Assembly: GCA_043228905.1 (NCBI GenBank)
Contig: JBHGNT010000001.1
Span: 30,690,001-30,754,000 of the forward strand
Reading direction: 5' to 3'
From: Azolla caroliniana
Lineage: Eukaryota > Plantae > Polypodiophyta
Length of the DNA: 64,000 bases
Shown here: positions 49,967-59,784 of the stretch, piece by piece
Numbering within the stretch: position 1 is the stretch's first letter
Layout of the letters: the number at the start of each line of letters is the position of its first letter
The notes under the pieces: generated by a model
The model's input: the letters and a program-made list of their open reading frames with translations, nothing else
What the model was told of the DNA's origin: nothing
The model's database searches: none
Translations under genes and position numbers: made by a program

Positions 49967-52093
49967 ATGAGGGGGTCGGATCTCGCAGAGGCCATGGCTT
50001 CGGCCGTGGATCGGATCGTAAACGCGCGCGAGGGTACCGGTGCCCTCGACAGAGCTATTGAGGCGGTCGTCGGCACGATCGGCCGGTTCGATGGGAGGGA
50101 TGCCACGAAGTATCTGGCGTCCTACGGTGCAGAAATGTTGATGCGGGACATTCCGGAAGAAAGGCGTCTTGCCGGTTTTCCCCGAGTGGCAATGCCGAGC
50201 ATCCATGCGGAGGTGCTCGAGGTGCGGGCGGAGAGCCGTACCTGGGAGGAGTTCGAAGGTCGGCTCCTAGAGAAATACGGGCTGGACGACGCGCTCCGGC
50301 TTTCGAAGCGAAGGTTCATGGAATGGGTGGAGTCCCCGGGGAAGGGAAGAAACGCGTCGGCACTCCTCCGGGAGTTCGAGGAAAACTTTGCGCGCCTTTC
50401 GGCGCTCGACCGAACCATCCTGGACACGAGCCGGGTCTTGCTGTTTGTCAAGTCGGTCGACGAGCGGGATCGGGAGCAAGTGGGCCTCTTGCTGGAAACC
50501 GAAGACGGGCTCACTACCGACTGGGCGGCTGTCAGGAAGGTCTGTGGCCGTTTCGACAAACGGCGAGAATGGGCGGATAACGGGGCGACCGGGTCGGGCT
50601 CGGTCGCAGCAAGGAAGCTCGAACCAGCGCCACAGGTGCGCAAGGAAGAGACCCGGGAGTGGTTGGAAACCGGTTCGGCTTCGACCGGCGTAGTCAGAGG
50701 CTCAACCGGAGGAGCGGCGCTGGAGGAATTGACGAAGGCGATAAAGGACCTCCAAATCGCGCAGGCCCGAAGGGAAGGAGGCGAACCGGCTCGTGACCGA
50801 CGGCCGGCGGCAGGAAACAGGTGCATGTGGTGCGATGAAGTCGGCCACGTTCGGAAGGACTGCGGCGACTTCGCGGAGGCGCTGAGGGACCGGGTGGTGT
50901 ACCTGTGGGAAGGACGGGTGCATGCCAGCGACACCCGAAGGGCCCTGAGCCGAAACGACGGAAAAGGTGGTATGAAAAGGTTGATGGAAGAGGCGGCGGC
51001 CCGACACGCGGAAACCGTCCACTACTCGGCGTCGGCCGGCATTCGAGTCGGGGGCGGCGAGGCCCGAAAGGAAAGCAAAGCCGGATTCTGGCCGACGATG
51101 CTGGAAGGCCTTGCCGGTGCAGGGCTTAAAAGGGAGGAATCGGACCGTGCGGAGAAACGGGTACGGGAGATGACCGGGTGGAGCGACCCGGTCGAGGAAA
51201 GGACGGGCTTCGTGGAAGCCGCTTGCCGGAACTACGAGGCTCTGGTAGAAGAGAAGCGGGTGGGAAAACCCGGGACGACCGGGCCCTCACAACGATACGA
51301 GACCCGGTCCGGGCCACGACGGGACGAAGCCGGCAAGGCCGGTACGCAAGATAAACCCCAGAAGGGCGGGTACCGTCTGGGGACGGAGATAGAAAGAACC
51401 ACGGACTTACGAAAGGTCCTGGAGGAACGGATCCTCGACAGCAAGGTGGAGCTGTCGCTACGGGAGGTGCTTGGAATCGCCAAGAAGGAGTTCCACGACT
51501 CCATCGTGGACTTGGTGAAACGGAAGAGGCTGTCAACGGAGACAGAACCGGAAAGACCGGTGGAAGTGCGGACGACGCACCTAGACGACATGGCGCTGGG
51601 AGACGAGTGGGCGGAAAGCCACTATTCGAGACCGCACTGGGCCCGAGCGACCACGGAAACCCCGGTGAAGATCGGCGATGTCCAGGAACCGGTGATAGCT
51701 TTGGTGGACCACGGATCGAAGATCAATTTGATGTCCATGGACTTCTATAAGAAGGGCAAATGGCCGATCAACACCAAGCACGGGTGGAAAATAAGGGCAG
51801 CAACGCGCGCCACCGAGGAACTGCACGGGGCCTGTCCGAATGTGCGAGTCAAGATCGGCGACGTCGAGATTGACCAGCACTTCTTCGTGCAGGAGACGTC
51901 TTCGCATCCGGTCATACTGGGAGAGCCGTATATCACGGCGGCGCGAATGGAGACCAAGGTGCTGGACAATGGTTCGGCCTATGCGCGGGTCAAGAGCCAG
52001 GACGGGCGCCATTCGGTCCAGTTTTTGACGGTTAGGCCGAACCACGAGCGTAACCGCGACTCCCTCGGTTCCGATAACCGAGAGGATTTTTAG
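49967..52093 (+). CDS. gag: Gag-protease polyprotein
   Basis: Zinc knuckle CMWCDEVGHVRKDC (CX2CX4HX4C); aspartic protease ALVDHGSKIN...VILGEPY. First ATG is at 49967; the ORF track started at a GTG inside the PBS. Confidence 0.9.
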   Translation: MRGSDLAEAMASAVDRIVNAREGTGALDRAIEAVVGTIGRFDGRDATKYLASYGAEMLMRDIPEERRLAGFPRVAMPSIHAEVLEVRAESRTWEEFEGRLLEKYGLDDALRLSKRRFMEWVESPGKGRNASALLREFEENFARLSALDRTILDTSRVLLFVKSVDERDREQVGLLLETEDGLTTDWAAVRKVCGRFDKRREWADNGATGSGSVAARKLEPAPQVRKEETREWLETGSASTGVVRGSTGGAALEELTKAIKDLQIAQARREGGEPARDRRPAAGNRCMWCDEVGHVRKDCGDFAEALRDRVVYLWEGRVHASDTRRALSRNDGKGGMKRLMEEAAARHAETVHYSASAGIRVGGGEARKESKAGFWPTMLEGLAGAGLKREESDRAEKRVREMTGWSDPVEERTGFVEAACRNYEALVEEKRVGKPGTTGPSQRYETRSGPRRDEAGKAGTQDKPQKGGYRLGTEIERTTDLRKVLEERILDSKVELSLREVLGIAKKEFHDSIVDLVKRKRLSTETEPERPVEVRTTHLDDMALGDEWAESHYSRPHWARATTETPVKIGDVQEPVIALVDHGSKINLMSMDFYKKGKWPINTKHGWKIRAATRATEELHGACPNVRVKIGDVEIDQHFFVQETSSHPVILGEPYITAARMETKVLDNGSAYARVKSQDGRHSVQFLTVRPNHERNRDSLGSDNREDF

Positions 52094-55000
52094 AGAGGGC
52101 TGCCAAGGCGTGGGGCCGCGACAGTCCGGACACCCCGGGAAAACCCCACACCTGTACGATAAAACCGAAGAAACCTTGTACCACAGGTAGGGAATTTCTG
52201 TTCTCCGACAGCGGAGCGTGTACGATAGTCGGCATCGGCGGCCGAGAGAAGACAAAGGCGGAGGGGAGACTTCGAGCGTGCGGAGTTCTCGGCCCGGACG
52301 AGGAAATCAACGGGGCCGTGGAGGCGGTCTCACTCGACGACACCTTGGGAATGCTGGGAAAGGTAGTCGAAGAAGGCCTTAACGGAGACCGGACGATACC
52401 GGTGTGTTCCGAGGAGATGTACGAAGTCATCGCGGACTTCGGTCGAGGGCTCGAGTCAGTTCGGACGGCCCACGTGAACACCAAGTACAAGACTGTGGAC
52501 CGGAAGGTAAGGCCAGTAGCGGCACCCTTACCGGAGGACAGCGCGTCGAGAATCAAAGGGGTTGCATCAGACCCTAGTCTACGAGATCCGGCCTGCATAG
52601 GGCACACCTTCACTGACGAGACGCTCCGAGAGCTCAAAATCGGTGGGGGCGGGTTCCTACTGCCGGCGGAGGAAGACCGGTTTCGGAGAATGCTCGGAAG
52701 GCACGGGAAAGCCTTCGCATTCTCGCCGGAGGAAATCGGGTGCGTTGACCCGACGATCGTGGAGCCGATGGTGATATTCACGGTACCGCATGTACCATGG
52801 AATCTCAAGCCAATCCCGGTTCCGAGAGCTCACATCCCGAAGTTGATGGAGCTGCTGAGGCAGAAAGTTGATATGGGAATTCTCGAGCCGTCGAGCGCCC
52901 CATATTCGAATCGATGGTTTACCGTACCGAAGAAAAACGGTTCGCTGCGCTTCATCCAGGACCTGCAGCCGGTCAATCGAGTGACCATTCGGAACGCAGG
53001 AATCGGACCGACCATAGACGAGTTCGCGGAGGCCTTCGCCGGAAGGTCAATTTATTCGGTCGGGGATCTATACTCAGGGTACGACCAGTTCCAGCTGGCC
53101 GTGGAGAGCAGAGACATTACGACGATGCGAACTCCCCTCGGCCTAGTTCGGATGTGTACACTGCCGCAAGGAGGGACCAACTCGGTGGCCCACATGGTGA
53201 ATGCGATGAACAAGGTTCTGAGGGACTGTATCCCGGACATCACCATGCCGTTTCTGGACGACATCCCGATCAAGGGATGCCCAGTGGAAGAAAAGGACGA
53301 GACGATCGGGCCGGACGGATGCCGGCGATTCGTGGCGACGCACATCGACGACTGCGAGAAGGTGCTGCAAAGGCTAGAGGATGCGAGACTCACCTTCTCC
53401 GGGGAGAAGTCGGCCTTCGGGCAGTCAGAAATCATGGTGGTCGGACACCTGTGCGGACCATATGGCCGGAAACCGTCTCCGGCAAAGGTAGAAGCCATCT
53501 CCGCGATGAAGCCCGACTGCAGCTCGGTCACGGAAGTACGGAGATTCCTGGGGGCATGCGCGTTCTACCACATGTGGATCCCGCATTACGCACACGTCGC
53601 GGAGCCACTGTACGGGTTGCTGAAAAAGGGGCGAAGGTTCGAATGGCTAGACAAGCACGCGGAATCGGTCCGGAAGCTGAAAGAGGCCCTTGCAGCGGCA
53701 CCGGCAATCCGGAAGGCGGTTTACGGGAAGGGTACCCCGGTATTCATAACGGTGGATACCAGTCCGACCGGGATCGGATGGGTCGTGAACCAGGAAGACG
53801 AGGACGGCAATCGGTTTCCGATCCGATTCGGCGCGAAAGTCCTCAGTGAACGGCAGCGAGGATACGCCCAGGTTAAACGCGAACTCTGGGGTATTGTTTC
53901 GGCGGTTAAGGCCGACAAAGACTACCTGATAGGGACGGAAGTGATCATCGAGACGGATTGCCTGCCGATTCTCGGTATGGTTTCCGGATGCGCGACTCCG
54001 GACCTGGCGATGCTCAGGTGGATAGCGTACATCAAGTCCCTGGACCCGGAAATACGACACATTTCCGGGAAAGACAACGCCATGGCCGACATGCTTTCGA
54101 GGGCGAGGTTCGACGACGAGGGCGGCATGGTTTCGGAAGACGAAGAAGTCGGCGTGGATTTCTTCGAGGCGGCATACATAACGACCGACGGGATGAGCAC
54201 TCCGGCGCTTAACGAGTTCGACGCGAGCAAGTACGACGGGGAGTGGCTGCAGATCGGCGGGTTTTTGAAGACAATGACGCCCGATGCGTCATGGACGAAG
54301 GACGAGGCCAACCGGATCCGGAAGAAAGCGTATCGATTCTTTCTCCGAGATGGGCATCTATGGAAGCACCCGAAGAAGAGGGACGGCGTCCCGCTCCGAG
54401 TGGTGGCGATGAAGGAAGTACAGGAGGAGCTACTGGCGGCCTACCACGACAGCCCTTGGGCTGGACACCGTGGAACGTGGGCGACGTTTGAGAAGCTGAA
54501 GGGAAAGTACTGGTGGCCGGGATTGTACCGGGACGTGCATCGGTTCGTGTCAACTTGCGAGAGTTGTCAGATGCACTCGATAGTCCGACACCGGGACGGG
54601 CTTCACCCTACGTACCCTCCGACTATCCACTTCAAATGGATGGTAGATCTGGTGACGATGCCGATGGGGGTAGGACAGATGCGGTATCTGGTCCTAGCGC
54701 GGGAAGACCTGACGAACCAGGTGGAAGGCCGGGCCCTTCAGAACAAGACGACCGCGGCCGTGTGTCGGTTCCTAGTCGAGGACGTGATATGCCGGTACGG
54801 GTGCGTCGGGAAGATCGTGGCTGACCGAGGGGAGTTGGACGCCGAAGAGGCCGCGGAGCTGTTCGACCGGCTTGGAGTCAAGCTCTCGCTCACCACTGCG
54901 TACAATCCGGAGGCGAATGGGAAGGTGGAGCGCGGACACGGACCGATCGTCAAGGCGTTGATTCGGGCATGCGGAGGCCAAGTCGGCAACTGGCCGCGAC

Positions 55001-55581
55001 TTCTACCTTATGCCTTGTGGGCAGACCGGACCACGCACAGTTCGGTAACCGGGTACATGCCGACGGAGCTCATGTTCGGCCAGAAGCCGACCATGCCGAT
55101 TGAACGGACGATCTCCTCGTGGGCAACGGTCGATTGGAGGGACGAGATGAGCCGGGAGGAGTTGTTGGCCGCACGTATACGACAGCTCGAGCGAAGACCG
55201 GAGGACGTGGCACTGGCTACGGAAAAGCTCCGGGTGGCGAGGACAAAGAACAAAGCCCGGTTCGACCGAACGCACCGGCTACGACCGAAGAGAATCGACG
55301 AAGGTGACTGGGTGCTCGTCTACGACAGCAGCCTCGACAACCAGCACCGAGCAACAAGGAAGTTCGCACGGAGATGGTTCGGGCCGTACACGGTACAGAG
55401 CGCCAACGACAACGGGACGTATCATCTGGCGGAACTCGACGGTACGAGAATAGCGATACCCGTGGCCGGGAAGAGGATCAAAGCTTTCAAGAAGCGGCAC
55501 GACGACGAACCCGACCCGATTCTCCTGGACAGCAGCGACGACCGACCTGAGGCCGAGGAAGGGCCGGCAGGCGAAGAGTAA
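52090..55581 (+). CDS. pol: Pol (RT, RNase H, integrase), -1 frame relative to gag-pro, probably reached by frameshift
   Basis: Frame is open from 52078. RT motifs DLYSGYDQ, LPQG and FLDD; RNase H D..E..D..D; integrase HHCC, D-D-E and GPY motif; no chromodomain. Confidence 0.92.
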   Translation, partial: LERAAKAWGRDSPDTPGKPHTCTIKPKKPCTTGREFLFSDSGACTIVGIGGREKTKAEGRLRACGVLGPDEEINGAVEAVSLDDTLGMLGKVVEEGLNGDRTIPVCSEEMYEVIADFGRGLESVRTAHVNTKYKTVDRKVRPVAAPLPEDSASRIKGVASDPSLRDPACIGHTFTDETLRELKIGGGGFLLPAEEDRFRRMLGRHGKAFAFSPEEIGCVDPTIVEPMVIFTVPHVPWNLKPIPVPRAHIPKLMELLRQKVDMGILEPSSAPYSNRWFTVPKKNGSLRFIQDLQPVNRVTIRNAGIGPTIDEFAEAFAGRSIYSVGDLYSGYDQFQLAVESRDITTMRTPLGLVRMCTLPQGGTNSVAHMVNAMNKVLRDCIPDITMPFLDDIPIKGCPVEEKDETIGPDGCRRFVATHIDDCEKVLQRLEDARLTFSGEKSAFGQSEIMVVGHLCGPYGRKPSPAKVEAISAMKPDCSSVTEVRRFLGACAFYHMWIPHYAHVAEPLYGLLKKGRRFEWLDKHAESVRKLKEALAAAPAIRKAVYGKGTPVFITVDTSPTGIGWVVNQEDEDGNRFPIRFGAKVLSERQRGYAQVKRELWGIVSAVKADKDYLIGTEVIIETDCLPILGMVSGCATPDLAMLRWIAYIKSLDPEIRHISGKDNAMADMLSRARFDDEGGMVSEDEEVGVDFFEAAYITTDGMSTPALNEFDASKYDGEWLQIGGFLKTMTPDASWTKDEANRIRKKAYRFFLRDGHLWKHPKKRDGVPLRVVAMKEVQEELLAAYHDSPWAGHRGTWATFEKLKGKYWWPGLYRDVHRFVSTCESCQMHSIVRHRDGLHPTYPPTIHFKWMVDLVTMPMGVGQMRYLVLAREDLTNQVEGRALQNKTTAAVCRFLVEDVICRYGCVGKIVADRGELDAEEAAELFDRLGVKLSLTTAYNPEANGKVERGHGPIVKALIRACGGQVGNWPRLLPYALWADRTTHSSVTGYMPTELMFGQKPTMPIERTISSWATVDWRDEMSREELLAARIRQLERRPEDVALATEKLRVARTKNKARFDRTHRLRPKRIDEGDWVLVYDSSLDNQHRATRKFARRWFGPYTVQSANDNGTYHLAELDGTRIAIPVAGKRIKAFKKRHDDEPDPILLDSSDDRPEAEEGPAGEE

Positions 55582-55640
55582 AGGCGGGCCGGTTTTCTCC
55601 GTGCCAACTTAATTTGGCGCATGCCGGTGGATGCGCGGTT

Positions 55641-55653
55641 AGGTGGGGGCGGA
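55641..55653 (+). other. Polypurine tract
   Basis: AGGTGGGGGCGGA immediately precedes the 3' LTR TG. Confidence 0.8.
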
Positions 55654-56368
55654 TGTCGTGAAGAAAACCGCCCACAAGAGGAATCGGAGGACAAGGCGTG
55701 GGAAACGACTCTACACACACACGCGCGCCAAGAAGTACCTAAGGACGAAGTAGGTACATACGAGGATCCTAGGTGGGTAGATTCGGTTGGTATGCAGTTA
55801 ATGCCAAACGGCCTCTTGACGGGCTATAAAAGGAAGAGGAAGAATAGAAGTGGGCATCTCCCGCGGAGAGGACGAAGTGCTGCCGAACCGATTTCGGAGC
55901 TTCTCTCTCTCTCCCGCTCTCTCTGTCTTCTGCTCCATCGCGTACCTGTGCAGGTTTCGAGGAGGCTTGCGCTGTTCCGTGGAACGCCCGAGTGCGTCCT
56001 GCAGCACCTCCGACCTGTTTCCCCTTTCTGTGCGTCGCGACATACAGGGGTCGGCATCTGTTCGCCGCCCTGTTCGTTTTCGTTTGTATCTATTTCGTGC
56101 CCCACTGAGGGTTGTAGTACTTTAGTCTGTTATTTTCTTGCATTCATAAGTACATATCTTTCGTTGTTGCGTCCATCTGCGTCGGCGTTTATTTGTGTTC
56201 TCTGTTTGTTGGGCCGTGTCCCTGTGTAATCGTCGGTTCTGCGCAATCGGAACTTCGGTTCTGTGTAATCGGGGTCTCTCTCTCTTATCTCTCTCTCTCT
56301 TGTTCTTCGGTTCAAGACCCCCGTGGTCCCTCCTCCTTTCTACACGCAAGGGCGTAGCAACCCCGACA
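55654..56368 (+). repeat. 3' LTR (715 bp)
   Basis: Copy of 49209-49923, followed by the GCGT TSD. Confidence 0.97.
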
Positions 56369-56699
56369 GCGTCTTTAGGAAACGTTTGCGATCAGTTTCT
56401 TCCTCGACCTAACACATAATATTTTAGTACCAATCTTCAAAAATACTGAAAATGCACTTGTTTTATCTTATCTTATCTTTTTTTTTAAACATATCCTTCC
56501 ATTAGTTTAAAAAAACCATATCAGCTACAAAATACAAAATGATGGAAAGGAGATGATTATCCTTCCCCAACCCGTCTTGTGTAAGACTATCGCCAATCAT
56601 GAATCATTCTTTTGATAGACTTGATTGAACACTTCCTCAATAATTGAAACATACCATGAATTTGCATATGTTCAAACCAAATCAATTTTCCTCATCATG

Positions 56700-56995
56700 T
56701 TCATGTTCAACATCTCCCGATACCACCTTTGGGTCATCACATGCATCCAATATACCCCCACATTTACAATGACCAAGCATCCTCTATTTTCCATATTCAA
56801 CGTAAAACTCAATCCAAGCATTATGGTATAGAGGTAATTTTGTATGCCTCGATCCATGATTCCAGCATGTATGAACATGCCGTCATGTACAACCATGTGA
56901 TCAACACCCACTTTAAGGGATCTCAGCCCTTCAAACAATTTATATGCATCTAATAACCTTCCACATGTTGCCTGCACATCAACAATGCTTCATGA
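56700..56995 (-). pseudogene. Highly decayed PLS-PPR fragment
   Basis: SIVDVQATCGRLLDAYKLFE, then frameshifted TACS/HAGIMDRG, YTIM and GKIEDA, resembling the C-terminal PLS repeats. Confidence 0.55.
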
Positions 56996-57299
56996 CACCA
57001 TCCATCACATAAAAAGAAACAGACTTCTTCTGAATGCATACATAAGAGCATCCCCCTCCACGTATTTCAATGACTCCATCCATCTCATAAGAAGAAATGG
57101 GATTCTGCATACATATCATTTAGGATTTTAGTGATTACAAGATCATGTTCCAAATCCCGTTTTCAGATTTCACTTCTTATCCTTTTCCTACTGCTCGAAG
57201 GGCAGAATTCCAGATATGCCATGATGCCATAATTTCTTTTGATGTCACCAAACCAAAAAATAAGTCTTGAATGAGATTGCACAAAATCTCAATTATTTC

Positions 57300-59430
57300 T
57301 TTCTTTTCAACTACTCATAGACTGCCATTGACATAAATAACTCCTAAGACAGTACAAATAACAGTTAACATATCCCCATGTCTCATATCGGTGGAGGAAA
57401 TACCCAGAGAGGTGGCTGATACCTCCAACGTATACAAGAATTAACCATGTAAAATACATTCATCCTTTCCCATGTCTTCTTAAAAACCTCTTTCTTTCGA
57501 AGGACTACATCTGAATCACCCTTGATAGTGTCATACTCTCCTTTTAGTGTATGCACCAAGGTCAACCAAATCTCCTTGACTACATCCACAACATTCCATT
57601 GAATTTGCTGAAATATCCTTCGACATCTATTAGTCCACAAAACCCAATATGTTATGGAACTAATAGTCTCCCAAACCACCCCATTTTGTGTTGAATTACT
57701 ATGCGTACACGGTAACACTTCCTCAACATATCGACCTCTTGTATGTAATGCAAAGGTAACCTTTTCTTGTTCATAATCTTGTACCTTACCCTTAATAACA
57801 TCCCACATCATCGCTCCCCATTTATATACTCTAGAGCCATATACTTCAGGCAATAAACGTAATATCCTTTTCCAAACCAATTTAGTCGTCATACATGACC
57901 ATAATAGGTGATGAAGAGACTCCCTCTCTAATCCACAAAAATCACACATTTTATCTGCATCCTTACAATGCATCCAAACCCTAACAGGAACCGCATAATG
58001 AATAATCAACCATCTAAATAAAATAATCTTCTTTGGAATTTGCATAGCCCATAGCCATTTCCAAAATGTTGTCATATGAGTAGAATCAACATTATAACTC
58101 AACCATGTTGTACCTGTTGTTGGTCAATGAGGTATCCTATGTCGTAACATCTCCCTTCCCAATCGGGTCCCAATCGAACCGAATATTGAAAAAACGGCTT
58201 CGGCCTAACATACTCCCCAAAATATGATGTAGGTAACCACTTCCATTCCCCTGGATCCCATTCCAATTCACATAATGGTTTTTTGCCCACTCTCCATAGA
58301 TCCCACCATGGATGAACAACATTAGGATCAGGGTCTAGGATCCAAACCTTATCTACCTTGGCTAGAATTCTAATGGGTTTTACTGTAGCCTCAACGAGAC
58401 ATTCATCTTCTAGGGGGATCAACACTAATCGCCCATCTTGTAAAACATCATAACTCAAGAAAGAATCCTTATCTCTAAGGCCACAGACTCCAAGTAAAAT
58501 TTGAAAATAATCCCACCCACTTATGACAATTAGAATGTATGTTATCCATCAAGGGTAGCAGCTAGTTGCATAATATTCTTGTTGCATAATATTAGTAGGA
58601 TTGTGAACAAAATGTTGCCACTTACTAAGAGACGAGGCAAAAGATGAATCCACTTGAGCCCAATTTAATCTCACTCTCCTCCCCAACATAGATCCTTCCT
58701 CACCTAGAAATAAAGGATTCCAAACCAAGGGTTGATGTAACCATTCATCCATCTAAGTGGGCCAAACTTGTTGCAAATTATCTTTTAGTGACCACTAGGC
58801 TCTCTTTATCGCAGCAAAGAACCTATCATTCTGAAATACTATATTATGCAAATGAAAGTTAGGAATAAACCACCATCGATGAGACCTTGTCCATTCACCT
58901 CCATATTTCGGGAAAACCTCTTTCATTCTTAATTGAAGGAGCATCTTCCACGGTTCATTTTTTGGTAGTAAACCTCACACTATAAATTTTGCCAATAGTG
59001 CCTTACATTGCATAAGAGGATCTACCAAATGTAAACCCCCTTGAGAGGTCGGTGCTATAATGGTTTTCCAAGCTACATTCGGTCTAACATTCTTAAAATC
59101 AGTAGAACCCCATAAGAAATTTATAATCAACCGTTGTAACTTTGACAACAAAGATATGGAGAATAACCAAGAGGACAGAATATACCACATTGAGGAGAGT
59201 AATATTTGATTAAAAAAACTAGCCTCCCCGCCAGTGATAAACTCTTAGAACTCCAAAAGATTAATTTTTTCCTCAAAGAAATTAGTAATGGTTGAATATG
59301 AGCTTCTGGGAAAGATTAATTCCCACTTGACATCCTAAATATCTCACTGGAAAGCCTTTTGGTACCCAACGAAATCCAACGTCTGGACACCAAGTAGGAG
59401 TAAGACCTTCCCCAACCCAAAATCTCACTG
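57300..59430 (-). mobile_element. 5'-truncated, decayed L1-clade LINE (post-RT region, zf-RVT and C-terminus)
   Basis: PVRYLG-like stretch, LQRLIINFLWG...VAWKTII...GGL, WDPGEW, CDFCGLERESLHHLLWSC and terminal YQPPLWVFPPPI; several stops and frameshifts. Confidence 0.88.
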
Positions 59431-59784
59431 AAATGACACTTTCTAATAAAGTTCTCTAATCCAAGTTCACCCAAACACTAGTCTCCTTTCCGTAATCCAA
59501 AACCTTCATAAAAGATTCACCTTATGTGGATTTGGATGTAAGAACAATTCAATAAATCATTTGCTACCATCCTCACTTCATGTTGTAAACAAAAACAAAA
59601 TAGATCATTTTTTGTGTGTATGTAATATAACATACCTTCGTCATTGAATCAAAAGTCATAAAACCTTGTTTGAGAGCATAAGTTATCATCCGTCATAAAA
59701 CATTAATCTTTTCTTAGAAGTGAAGTATAAAACTAGAGAAATTAACTAACTTTGGCCCCTGCACCACCCTATGCATGCCCCCCC

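Larger units (their letters stand above)
49209..56368 (+). mobile_element. Intact, very young Ty3/Gypsy LTR retrotransposon (non-chromovirus type), 7160 bp, with 4-bp TSD GCGT (49205-49208 / 56369-56372)
   Basis: Two 715-bp LTRs (TGTCG...CGACA), PBS, PPT, gag-protease and RT-RH-INT ORFs in Gypsy order, and flanking TSD. Confidence 0.97.

Noticed and set aside
52318-52320. GTG start assigned to pol by the ORF track
   Set aside because: The frame is open 240 nt further upstream to the slippery site, so frameshift entry is more parsimonious.
50122-55500. Many antisense and off-frame ORFs within gag/pol (e.g. 50122-50934, 52032-52808, 52914-53849)
   Set aside because: Shadow ORFs expected from high GC and codon bias; no motifs.
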